From the IMG/VR virus record IMGVR_UViG_3300045988_119623, positions 1 to 60,584 of that record: a stretch of 60,584 bases of DNA; one strand, given 5' to 3'. Numbering within the stretch: position 1 is the first letter of the stretch; every line of letters starts with the position of its first letter. The notes beneath the pieces are model-generated. The model was given only the letters and a program-made list of their open reading frames with translations. It ran no database searches and was not told the DNA's origin. Shown here one piece after another: positions 19,315 to 27,298 of this stretch. The stretch comes from a virus. The position numbers and the translations under genes are program-made.

Positions 19315-20001
19315 ATGACTACAAGCGAAAGAATGTATAACCATTTGTTAAGTCAGTTTCGCAACAAGCCTAACATTAAAGCTTTTCTTAATGCCGTTGG
19401 AAACGAACTCGACAGCATAGATAAAGTAAGGGAGCAGATAAGGACACAGATATGGCCAGATACTGCGGTTGGTAAGCAGCTTGATATGTGCGGTGAAGTC
19501 GCTGATATTACTCGCCGTGTTGAAAATGCTATTGCAATGGATTTTTTTGGTTTTCCTGATCATGGCAACATGGGATTCGGGCAAGCTCCGTTTAGACGTA
19601 TGTATGATAATTATCTTACATCCAGCGACTTAAACGACCGTTATTACCGTCTTGCTGTTATCTCGAAGATTGAGAAAAATACGACGGACTGCTCTCGCGT
19701 TAGCACTATACACAGCATAAAGAAAGTTTTTGGTGTTGAACGTATTTCTGCTGTAAATGCCGGAAATGCCAAAATGCGTATAGGAATAGGACGTTTAGTA
19801 ACAAGTCAAGAAAGCCGCTTGATTGATGCACTGAACCTTATTATCCGTGGCGCCGGTATTGGCGTAATTTATGTCTATTCTTTCGATGCTACAAATACGT
19901 TCGGCTTTAGCAGAAGCGGAGAAAATCCTTATAGGTTTAAAGGATTTAATCAAGGAACATTCGCAAGGATTATAAAGGTGAAAGGGGGACTTGTTGAATA
20001 A
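19315..20001 (+). CDS. Baseplate wedge / tail-fibre-connector candidate
   Basis: 228 aa; assignment is by synteny after the J-like gene. Confidence 0.5.
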   Translation: MTTSERMYNHLLSQFRNKPNIKAFLNAVGNELDSIDKVREQIRTQIWPDTAVGKQLDMCGEVADITRRVENAIAMDFFGFPDHGNMGFGQAPFRRMYDNYLTSSDLNDRYYRLAVISKIEKNTTDCSRVSTIHSIKKVFGVERISAVNAGNAKMRIGIGRLVTSQESRLIDALNLIIRGAGIGVIYVYSFDATNTFGFSRSGENPYRFKGFNQGTFARIIKVKGGLVE

Positions 20002-20450
20002 TGGTAATGAAACAGCCTACTTTTGATTTAATTTTTGGCAGCAGCGCAAGCGTCGGTGAGATGATTGATTCTTGGCCTGAGCTTGATTACCTGCGTGGTT
20101 GGGGGTATCTTGACAAAGGAGAAGCACCGCCGCTTGAATACTTTAACAAATTGCAAAATGTGAGCGATTTAAAAAGCCAGTACCTTTTTAACAGTTTAAA
20201 CATTCGCAAGAACAGTACATCTTATGCAAATGGCGACATCGTATTGTCACCCAACTTGCCTAAAAGTGTTGTCTTAGCTTGTATTGTTGGTGGCGATACT
20301 GCTGTGAGTGAACCGGATTTTAGCAAAGCTACAATCGGTGCAACTTATGTAGACGGTTCGGTAGCTTGGGAAGTTATTCCACGAGCTTACAGATTACAGA
20401 CAGCAACAAATGTTGAAATTCAGAATTTGATTACAAAGGAGCTTGCATAA
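20001..20450 (+). CDS. Hypothetical tail protein
   Basis: ATG overlaps the upstream stop codon; 149 aa. Confidence 0.5.
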   Translation: MVMKQPTFDLIFGSSASVGEMIDSWPELDYLRGWGYLDKGEAPPLEYFNKLQNVSDLKSQYLFNSLNIRKNSTSYANGDIVLSPNLPKSVVLACIVGGDTAVSEPDFSKATIGATYVDGSVAWEVIPRAYRLQTATNVEIQNLITKELA

Positions 20451-20872
20451 TGGCTAACTTGCAAAAATTGATTGATCTTGACGGATTAAGCTATTTTTTA
20501 GGGCAGATTAAAGCTAAATTTGTTCGGTCCGTAAATAACGTAAAGCCTGATTCAAGTGGCAATATTAATATCGCTAATATGACAGGCGCAACATACAACA
20601 GCTCCGGTAGAGCAGGACTTGCGCCAATTCCGGCAGCAGGAAAGCAGGATATGGCGTTATGCGGCGATGCTACATATAAAGTTCTTTCTATCTCTGGTGG
20701 CGGTACAGGACAAACTACCGTTGCTGGTGTTCGTTATGTTTTGGGTTTAGGTAATACGAACGGAGCATTGCCTATTGCTAATGGCGGCACAGGAGCTACA
20801 ACTGCCGAAGCTGCAAGAAGAAATCTAGGTATTGATAGTGTAGGTGTAACAATGATTACCTATACAGAATAA
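20450..20872 (+). CDS. Tail fibre protein (short)
   Basis: Contains 'LDGLSYFLGQIKAKF', 'VNNVKPDSSGNINI' and 'ANGGTGATTAEAARRNLG', all common tail-fibre motifs. Confidence 0.6.
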   Translation: MANLQKLIDLDGLSYFLGQIKAKFVRSVNNVKPDSSGNINIANMTGATYNSSGRAGLAPIPAAGKQDMALCGDATYKVLSISGGGTGQTTVAGVRYVLGLGNTNGALPIANGGTGATTAEAARRNLGIDSVGVTMITYTE

Positions 20873-20882
20873 GAGGTAAATT

Positions 20883-21071
20883 ATGGCTAATAAGGTAGAT
20901 GTAATTACATCGTGGAGCAATGCTGAAACTTATACCTTTACTGTTCCGGAAGGCGTTACTGAAATTACCGTAGAGATTTCAGGGGCTGGTGCTGGCGGTT
21001 ACGGAAGAAACTACAATGACAGTGGCAGTAGCGGTAGCGTTGGCGAATCAAGTGGCGGCGAAGGCAACTAA
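20883..21071 (+). CDS. 62-aa N-terminal piece of a glycine-rich tail protein domain, or alternatively a radical-SAM substrate peptide
   Basis: SD AAGAGGT upstream. Sequence 'ETYTFTVPEGVTEITVEISGAGAGGYGRNYNDSGSSGSVGESSGGEGN'. It parallels 'GTYSLRIPAGVTKIYVTGCGGGAGG' in the second domain of ORF 22146..23306. Confidence 0.6.
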   Translation: MANKVDVITSWSNAETYTFTVPEGVTEITVEISGAGAGGYGRNYNDSGSSGSVGESSGGEGN

Positions 21072-21078
21072 GGTACTT

Positions 21079-22143
21079 ATGAATAATTTTAGCGAAGAAT
21101 TACACGAGCTTAACGACCTGGGTGCGGTTTATCTTTTCCTTGGTACTGCTTGCAATATGTCATGTAGGCATTGCGTTCAAACTCCTATTAAAAGTTGTTT
21201 TAATCTTGCCCCTCATGGAAAAGAGTTATCGCAAGAGGTAAAAGACTTTATAGTTATGTGGAGTAACCTGCCTTGGAAATACGCTGAAAATAATCCTCGC
21301 AGATTATATTTTTGGGGCGGAGAACCTTTGCTTTATTGGGAAACCATTAAGAAACTCGTACTTGAGTTTAAAAAATTCGGCGTACAGAATGTTAGCTATA
21401 GAATTTTTAGTAACGGATTGCTTTTAAATAATGAAATAGTTGACTTCTGTAACGAGCATGATATTTGGTTTATTATGAGCTATGATGCACCGAACGCAAG
21501 AGCTGCGAGAAATGCAGTACCCAGTAAAGAAGCGTGTAAAAAGTTTTTGCGCATAAGGAAAAGAGCGGTTAACACTGTTTTTAATGCTATAAACGATAAC
21601 ATGGTAGAAGCTTTTGATTGGCTACATTATACGTTTCCTGGAACAGAAATCACTTGTGGTCTTATGAATGTGTTGAGTGAGCATACGCCGCTTGACCTAT
21701 ATCAATTTAAGCCTAATGCAGTAAGAAATGCAGTTAAAAATTTGTGGTTAATCGCAAATTCTGATAGTGAGATTGCTCCCTATATTCGACATTGGTTTTA
21801 CTCAAAAATCTTGCGTGTAAGGGGTTTTAACAAAGAAGAATTTTACAAATATCCTTATCCGCCTTGCCGTCCTGCTGTAGTAAGCCTTAGCGTAAATTTT
21901 AACGGAGAAATTATGCTGTGTCATAATACAGATAAGATTGTAGGGCATATTACAGATAACTTTACAGAGCTACAGGAAAAGCATAGAAAAATTTTTGAGG
22001 AACTTTTGCCTATTAAATGTAAGACTTGTGAGCATTTGGATATTTGCCGTTGTATTTGTCCTATTGCAGTACAAAAAGACGGTGAGTTATGCCATTGTGA
22101 TTACTTGCGAGAATTCTGGGGAGCAATAAAAGAGGTGATGTAG
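21079..22143 (+). CDS. Radical SAM enzyme with a C-terminal SPASM domain (354 aa)
   Basis: CX3CX2C 'CNMSCRHC' at nt 21151..21174 and SAM-binding 'WGGEPLL'. SPASM signature 'CRPAVVSLSVNFNGEIMLC' (CX12GX4C), then 'CKTCEHLDICRCIC' (CX2CX5CX3C), then further Cys residues 'CHC'. Confidence 0.9.
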   Translation: MNNFSEELHELNDLGAVYLFLGTACNMSCRHCVQTPIKSCFNLAPHGKELSQEVKDFIVMWSNLPWKYAENNPRRLYFWGGEPLLYWETIKKLVLEFKKFGVQNVSYRIFSNGLLLNNEIVDFCNEHDIWFIMSYDAPNARAARNAVPSKEACKKFLRIRKRAVNTVFNAINDNMVEAFDWLHYTFPGTEITCGLMNVLSEHTPLDLYQFKPNAVRNAVKNLWLIANSDSEIAPYIRHWFYSKILRVRGFNKEEFYKYPYPPCRPAVVSLSVNFNGEIMLCHNTDKIVGHITDNFTELQEKHRKIFEELLPIKCKTCEHLDICRCICPIAVQKDGELCHCDYLREFWGAIKEVM

Positions 22144-22145
22144 AA

Positions 22146-23306
22146 ATGGCTATAGGTTATGGCGAACGTGTAACAAGAACTATTAGTGTTACCCCTGGCA
22201 CGCAGTACACTATTACTATTGGTGCTGGCGGAAAAGGTGGCGAAGGTGTAACGACAAGCGATTCTGATTATGTTTATGGTACAGCCGGAGAAGCTTCTTC
22301 TGCATTAGGTGTAACTGCCAGAGGTGGCGTTTATAGCGGCAGTAGTAGCACTAATTACTCTAGCGGCGGTTCACCTGTTGGCAATTCTAGTAAGGTACAA
22401 GGCAGTACAGGGGGTAACGGTGTAGACGGATTTTGCATTTTATCTTATAAGGTTGACAAAGATAAGTATTCAAAAAAAATGAGTAGCATTCCGGAAACTG
22501 TTTTTGAGATGCAAAAAAAAGACGGCTCGAAGTATCTGCTGTATAAAGATGTAGTTACGTTAAAGCGTACAAGACTTATCTATAAAACCGTAGGCACTTA
22601 CAGTTTGAGAATTCCTGCTGGCGTTACAAAAATATATGTTACTGGTTGCGGCGGTGGAGCTGGCGGTATTACTGTTGGTGCTTATAATGCCTGTCCCACG
22701 TTGGATATGCAAGCAGGAAACGGCGGAGATACGAAAGTTGGCAGTTATGTTATTTCCGGCGGACAAGGCGCAACTGCTACTTTAAGAAGCGGTAATGTAA
22801 TGACTGTTAATCAGCCTGCTGCTTCTAAAAATGGTGTAAGAGGACAATATGTTACCGCCAGAAACAGGGATTTTTCTGTACATGGATACGGTTTTCCGCT
22901 TAACAAGAATGGTGTCGCTTCTTTAGCAAACGTAATGGATAAGGTTGGATATTACTATGCTAATGTGCTAGGAACGAAAGATAGCGTAACTTATACATCT
23001 ACAGGAACCTTTGAATCGTTTAACATCTATGGTGCAGGTGGCGGTTCATTTCATTTTTTTGACTCTGATGGTACTTCTAATCAAATTGGTGTTGCAGGAA
23101 ATAGCGGTGCTTATGTTGCTGATGTAGAAGTTGAAGTAACTCCGAACAGTACTATTCAAATTGTTGTAGGCGCAGGAGGTAAAAACACCTTTTACAGTAA
23201 CGACGGCGACCGTGCAAAAAGATTTAGAGTGAGTGACGGAACACAAGGTTTTGTTATTATTGAATATGGTGGAGCAACACCATATATTCCAACAACAAAT
23301 AAATAA
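22146..23306 (+). CDS. Glycine-rich-domain tail protein: the remainder of domain 1 plus a complete domain 2
   Basis: SD GAGGTG lies 9 nt upstream. Domain 1 remainder: 'GYGERVTRTISVTPGTQYTITIGAGGKGG...GFCILSY'. Domain 2: 'TYSLRIPAGVTKIYVTGCGGGAGG...VEVTPNSTIQIVVGAGGKN...GFVIIEY'. Confidence 0.75.
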   Translation: MAIGYGERVTRTISVTPGTQYTITIGAGGKGGEGVTTSDSDYVYGTAGEASSALGVTARGGVYSGSSSTNYSSGGSPVGNSSKVQGSTGGNGVDGFCILSYKVDKDKYSKKMSSIPETVFEMQKKDGSKYLLYKDVVTLKRTRLIYKTVGTYSLRIPAGVTKIYVTGCGGGAGGITVGAYNACPTLDMQAGNGGDTKVGSYVISGGQGATATLRSGNVMTVNQPAASKNGVRGQYVTARNRDFSVHGYGFPLNKNGVASLANVMDKVGYYYANVLGTKDSVTYTSTGTFESFNIYGAGGGSFHFFDSDGTSNQIGVAGNSGAYVADVEVEVTPNSTIQIVVGAGGKNTFYSNDGDRAKRFRVSDGTQGFVIIEYGGATPYIPTTNK

Positions 23307-23319
23307 GGGGGTAAAAAAA

Positions 23320-23904
23320 TTGGCAAGTACAACAGGTAAGTTAGATAAAATTCATGTATTCCCTAGTTATAATAGCTTTAATAAAAACATTTCTAGTGTT
23401 AACAGTAATGATTTTGCTTTTGTTAAAACAGATTTGTTAGATAAGCTTGCAGGAAACACTACACCTACACTTGTAGCATTAATTGATTGGGATACCATGA
23501 AAACAAGAAATGGTGGTACAGATGTAAGAAATATTAATAATACTTCTACAGGCATTAGAGCTTATGGCGGTGATGCTTCTTTCCCGACAACATCGGGCGG
23601 AAGTGACAGAACGAGAAGTACAATAATGCTTAAAGAATCTTACACACTGTATGATAAGATTTTGGTGGTTGGAAGTGGCGATACTGGTAGTGATATTAAA
23701 TACGAATTGCACGATGTTTGGAATTTACAAAAAGCATTTTCTGAAGGATATAGTTTTTATCTTATTAATGACTATAGCTCTTATTGGTGCCTGTATTCAG
23801 GGGTGCAATCTGGAACAACTACTCACCTTCTTTCGACAGATACTATTTGGTACAATGCATCCCAAAACAGCTCTATCATTGAAATTTATGGAGTTAAGTA
23901 TTAA
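23320..23904 (+). CDS. Hypothetical tail-fibre-region protein
   Basis: SD AAGGGGG lies 8 nt before TTG 23320; 194 aa. Confidence 0.5.
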   Translation: MASTTGKLDKIHVFPSYNSFNKNISSVNSNDFAFVKTDLLDKLAGNTTPTLVALIDWDTMKTRNGGTDVRNINNTSTGIRAYGGDASFPTTSGGSDRTRSTIMLKESYTLYDKILVVGSGDTGSDIKYELHDVWNLQKAFSEGYSFYLINDYSSYWCLYSGVQSGTTTHLLSTDTIWYNASQNSSIIEIYGVKY

Positions 23905-23917
23905 AGAGGTGAAATAA

Positions 23918-24496
23918 ATGTTTTATTTGTTTAAAAACAAAAAAGGTATTGCTATTAGTATTTCCGAAGATTCTTTAAAAAACTACATTGCAGGCATGGA
24001 TAACGGCGTTGACGAGTATGTCATCAAGAATATTAGTTCTTCTGCTACTCCTACCGATTTTTCTCTTGATGAAAACGGTGATGTTGTTTTTCCGAAAGAT
24101 GATGATGATCTTGTTTTAGTTTTTCAAAAAAAACTTAAGCTAAAAGAGATTAACGATTGGACTGCAAGTAAAATTACTGGCGGTTTTGTTAGTGAAGCAA
24201 GCGGAGAAAAAGTCACCTATGACAGCGATTTAGAAACGCAAATCACGATGCAAGGCATTGCTCTTAATGTAAATTCAGAGCAGTTTGCTGAAAAATATTC
24301 CATCGGTTGCCCTGTTCGTGGTTATAAAGGCGGAGAAAAAGAAAAGACAATTCAATATCTTAGTGCTAGTCAGGTGTTACAGTGGATGGCTGACTTAAGC
24401 ATACATATAGGAGATTGCAAACAAGCAGGCTGGAAAAAACAGGCTGAAGTAGAATCTTGCAAAACTGTTTTTGAACTCAATAATATAGAATTGTAA
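23918..24496 (+). CDS. DUF4376-like (fibre-associated) protein
   Basis: Pattern 'KLKEINDWTASKITGGF...YDSDLETQITMQG' (from memory). Confidence 0.5.
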   Translation: MFYLFKNKKGIAISISEDSLKNYIAGMDNGVDEYVIKNISSSATPTDFSLDENGDVVFPKDDDDLVLVFQKKLKLKEINDWTASKITGGFVSEASGEKVTYDSDLETQITMQGIALNVNSEQFAEKYSIGCPVRGYKGGEKEKTIQYLSASQVLQWMADLSIHIGDCKQAGWKKQAEVESCKTVFELNNIEL

Positions 24497-24505
24497 GAGG
24501 TGATA

Positions 24506-24835
24506 GTGGTGTTTAAAGTTGATGACAACAATATCAGAATGATTAGAGGTGATAGCGGTGTTTTTAACATTAGCATCACCGATATTAACGGCAGGAATGT
24601 TGAACTGACTGACAGCGATGTATTAACATTTACGCTTCGGCGCACAGCACGTAACCAGACTATCGTTCTGCAAAAAGTTATCGTTGGCGGTGAGCTTGAT
24701 ATTAAGCCAGCAGATACCGAAGGGTTGGCGTTTGGAGCTTATGTATATGACATTGAACTTCGCCGTGCTGATGGCTACGTTGATACAGTTATTCCGCCAC
24801 ATGAGTTCCTCTTAATGGAGGAGGTGACCTACTAA
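24506..24835 (+). CDS. Small beta-sandwich (BppU-N-like) tail protein candidate
   Basis: SD AAGAGG upstream. Pattern 'IRGDSGVFNISI...DIKPADTEGLAFGAYVYDIEL'. Confidence 0.5.
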   Translation: MVFKVDDNNIRMIRGDSGVFNISITDINGRNVELTDSDVLTFTLRRTARNQTIVLQKVIVGGELDIKPADTEGLAFGAYVYDIELRRADGYVDTVIPPHEFLLMEEVTY

Positions 24836-25125
24836 TGAGGTTACATGGTACGCTGACAGTTGCCAAAGGTGAGCTGCATGGCAATTTGTCACCAACTAAA
24901 GGCAACCTACATGGAATCTTATCAGCACGGAGTATTGGAGCCGATATTTATGACGGCAAATACACCGTGCATTCCGAAGCACATGAGGTGCAGATATTGC
25001 CGACGGCAAACAAACAATTAACAAAAAATATTACTGTCGAAAAAATTCCATATTTTGAAACATCCAATTTATCCGATGGAATTACGGCATACATAGGAAG
25101 CGAGGTCGAAGTAAATTATGGCTGA
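24835..25125 (+). CDS. Tail-fibre-associated protein (96 aa)
   Basis: Internal repeat KGELHGNLS/KGNLHGILS. The C-terminus 'EKIPYFETSNLSDGITAYIG' is paralogous to the C-terminus of the next ORF. Confidence 0.55.
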   Translation: MRLHGTLTVAKGELHGNLSPTKGNLHGILSARSIGADIYDGKYTVHSEAHEVQILPTANKQLTKNITVEKIPYFETSNLSDGITAYIGSEVEVNYG

Positions 25126-25708
25126 AAAAAATATCTCTAAGGTAGTGTATGGAGGAAAAACATTAATCGACTTAACCGCCGATACTGTTACAGCAGATAA
25201 GATATTGAGCACATATACTGCTCACGATAAAAGCGGTGCGCCGATTGTAGGCACTTGCACTTTTAACGCCGATACTTCCGATGCGACTGCTGCCAGCGCA
25301 GAAATCCTCAGCGGAAAAACAGCCTACGTCAACGGCGTTAAAATTACAGGCGAGATGAAGAACAATGGTGCTGTCAGCGGTGAAATCAGCAAGAAGGCTG
25401 ACGAATACACCGTGCCTATCGGTTACCATGACGGCGCAGGCAAGGTTAAAATCAGTACAACCGAACAGGCCAAAATCATTGCTACAAACATCAGGGCAGG
25501 TGTATCCATTTTAGGCGTTACCGGCACCATGAGCGGCACTGAGAGCGCAAAAGCGCAGGCTAAGACTGCTACCCCAAAAACAACAGCGCAAACAATCTTG
25601 CCTGACAGCGCACAGGGTTTTAATTATTTGTCGCAGGTGACTGTAGAGCCGATACCCTACAATGAGAGCGACAATGCTCAAGGCGGCAAGACTGTTACTA
25701 TAGGCTAA
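25118..25708 (+). CDS. Tail fibre paralogue
   Basis: The N-terminus 'VVYGGKTLIDLTADTVTADKIL' is shared with ORF 25721. C-terminus 'EPIPYNESDNAQGGKTVTIG'. Confidence 0.6.
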   Translation: MAEKNISKVVYGGKTLIDLTADTVTADKILSTYTAHDKSGAPIVGTCTFNADTSDATAASAEILSGKTAYVNGVKITGEMKNNGAVSGEISKKADEYTVPIGYHDGAGKVKISTTEQAKIIATNIRAGVSILGVTGTMSGTESAKAQAKTATPKTTAQTILPDSAQGFNYLSQVTVEPIPYNESDNAQGGKTVTIG

Positions 25709-25720
25709 GGAGTATAAAAA

Positions 25721-26839
25721 ATGGCAGTGAATAAAGTTATATACGGCGGTAACACGTTGGTAGACCTTACCGGTAATACCGTCACCGCTGCCGATTTGGC
25801 AGACGGAGTAAAGGCAACCGGGGCCGACGGTAACCCGGTTGTAGGCTTGATGCAAAAGGTAACCATTGACGCTGAGTTGTCGACTACTAGCACTAATCCG
25901 GTCCAAAATAAAGTGGTTACCGAGGCTATAGCTAACATGGGCGGTGGTGGTTCAGGAAAATACCTGCCGTTAACAGGCGGCACCGTAACTGGCGGCATCA
26001 CAGCGACTAATTTCCAGACAGGCACAGCGACAGCAAACTATTTTCAGTGCCGCAAATTCCGCGGCGAGGGCGACGCTAACTCCTACTATCATGCTATAGA
26101 TTTTGGCTATTCTGGTCATGATTCTGTTGATTTTTATGAATATGACCCCAACTGGAATTTCTACAAATGCCTAACCGGTACAAAATCTGGAGCTGTTTTA
26201 GTTGGAAATATCAACGGCAACGGCTGGAACGGCGGGGCACGGCTAACAGGTGCACCGACAGCACCTACTGCGGCAGTTGGAACGAACACTACACAGATAG
26301 CGACAACGGCTTTTGTACAGGCAGCTATCCCTACAAACGTATCATCATTTACTAATGACGCAGGCTATATAAAAACTGTAAATAACACTAAACCCGATAG
26401 CAATGGCAACGTAACTATTACTGTCAGTGGTGGCGGGAGTGGTAGTGGGGTTAGCACGTCTACACAGAATACATGGACAGCTCAACAATCGTTTGATTTA
26501 GCATTGTTGAGCACAGAAAAGTATAAAACAGATTATGCTAGTGGCAATTCTGTAAAACCTACTAAAGTTACGGCTGTTTATAATGCAACAGGTAGCTTTA
26601 CTCTAGATTTAACAAACTTCACTTATTTATTAAATAGTGGTCAATCATTAGTCTTTACTGCATATATCAAAGCTAGTGCTGATTATCCTCTAACTATAAC
26701 TAATGGTGGTACACTAAAATACATTGGTAGTGCTAGTGATGTAGCTATTACGAGTGCAGGTTTATTACTTAATATCCTTATAGCATTAGATAATAGCGGT
26801 AACAAAACTAGCATCGTACAAGCATCTAAGTTATCATAG
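25721..26839 (+). CDS. Tail fibre protein
   Basis: N-terminus 'VIYGGNTLVDLTGNTVTAADLA'. Also contains 'TQIATTAFVQAAI' and 'VNNTKPDSNGNVTI' motifs. Confidence 0.65.
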   Translation: MAVNKVIYGGNTLVDLTGNTVTAADLADGVKATGADGNPVVGLMQKVTIDAELSTTSTNPVQNKVVTEAIANMGGGGSGKYLPLTGGTVTGGITATNFQTGTATANYFQCRKFRGEGDANSYYHAIDFGYSGHDSVDFYEYDPNWNFYKCLTGTKSGAVLVGNINGNGWNGGARLTGAPTAPTAAVGTNTTQIATTAFVQAAIPTNVSSFTNDAGYIKTVNNTKPDSNGNVTITVSGGGSGSGVSTSTQNTWTAQQSFDLALLSTEKYKTDYASGNSVKPTKVTAVYNATGSFTLDLTNFTYLLNSGQSLVFTAYIKASADYPLTITNGGTLKYIGSASDVAITSAGLLLNILIALDNSGNKTSIVQASKLS

Positions 26840-26851
26840 AGGTGATGTAAC

Positions 26852-27286
26852 ATGGGACTTAATCGTCTATTTATGTTCAAACGTGCTGAGGGCGGTGTGG
26901 TTGATGAGAATGTATTCATTATGACTATGGGAACTAAAAGTGGCCAATATGGATATAACGCCAACAGTGGTTACTATGGTGAGGTTACAGGTAATGTTAC
27001 ACATGACGGTAGAGCCGTTACTCTTGTTATGCTGAATTACTACGCTGGATGGCTTGACATTGCCTTCCTAGAAGAAGGCGTTACGAGTGGCAGCCGTAAT
27101 ATCAGCCTTAAGATAACACCTATGGAAACTGGTGTTACCCAATCACTTGCAGTCGGTAAAATTTCATATCAAAGTGCTGCAACAGGTTTTTACACCTATG
27201 TGCAACGTGTGCCGTCAAGTATTTCTAGTATGTTTAGTGCCGCAAACGTAGGAAAGAAATTTAAAGTTGAAATAATATTTAATTAA
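26852..27286 (+). CDS. Hypothetical protein (144 aa)
   Basis: SD AGAGGTG upstream; lies in the fibre region. Confidence 0.5.
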   Translation: MGLNRLFMFKRAEGGVVDENVFIMTMGTKSGQYGYNANSGYYGEVTGNVTHDGRAVTLVMLNYYAGWLDIAFLEEGVTSGSRNISLKITPMETGVTQSLAVGKISYQSAATGFYTYVQRVPSSISSMFSAANVGKKFKVEIIFN

Positions 27287-27298
27287 GAGGTGATTTTG

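Noticed and set aside
20989-21078. Upstream extension of the radical SAM ORF (ORF-track start 20989)
   Set aside because: It overlaps the 62-aa ORF by 83 nt and encodes a low-complexity stretch (VAVAVALANQVAAKA). ATG 21079 follows the upstream stop and precedes the CX3CX2C motif at the usual distance.
21072-22145. Idea that the rSAM insertion is a self-splicing intron or an intein interrupting the glycine-rich gene
   Set aside because: Only 7 nt and 2 nt of non-coding sequence flank the rSAM ORF, leaving no room for a ribozyme core. The rSAM is in a different frame from the host gene, with stop codons, so it cannot be an intein. RNA-seq would still be needed for formal exclusion.
25511-26025. 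131-aa and 106-aa minus-strand ORFs in the tail fibre genes
   Set aside because: They are antisense to fibre genes with recognisable motifs and have no translation signals.
20450-26839. Diversity-generating retroelement acting on the tail fibres
   Set aside because: There is no reverse transcriptase ORF anywhere in the window. I found no template/variable repeat pair with adenine-specific differences.
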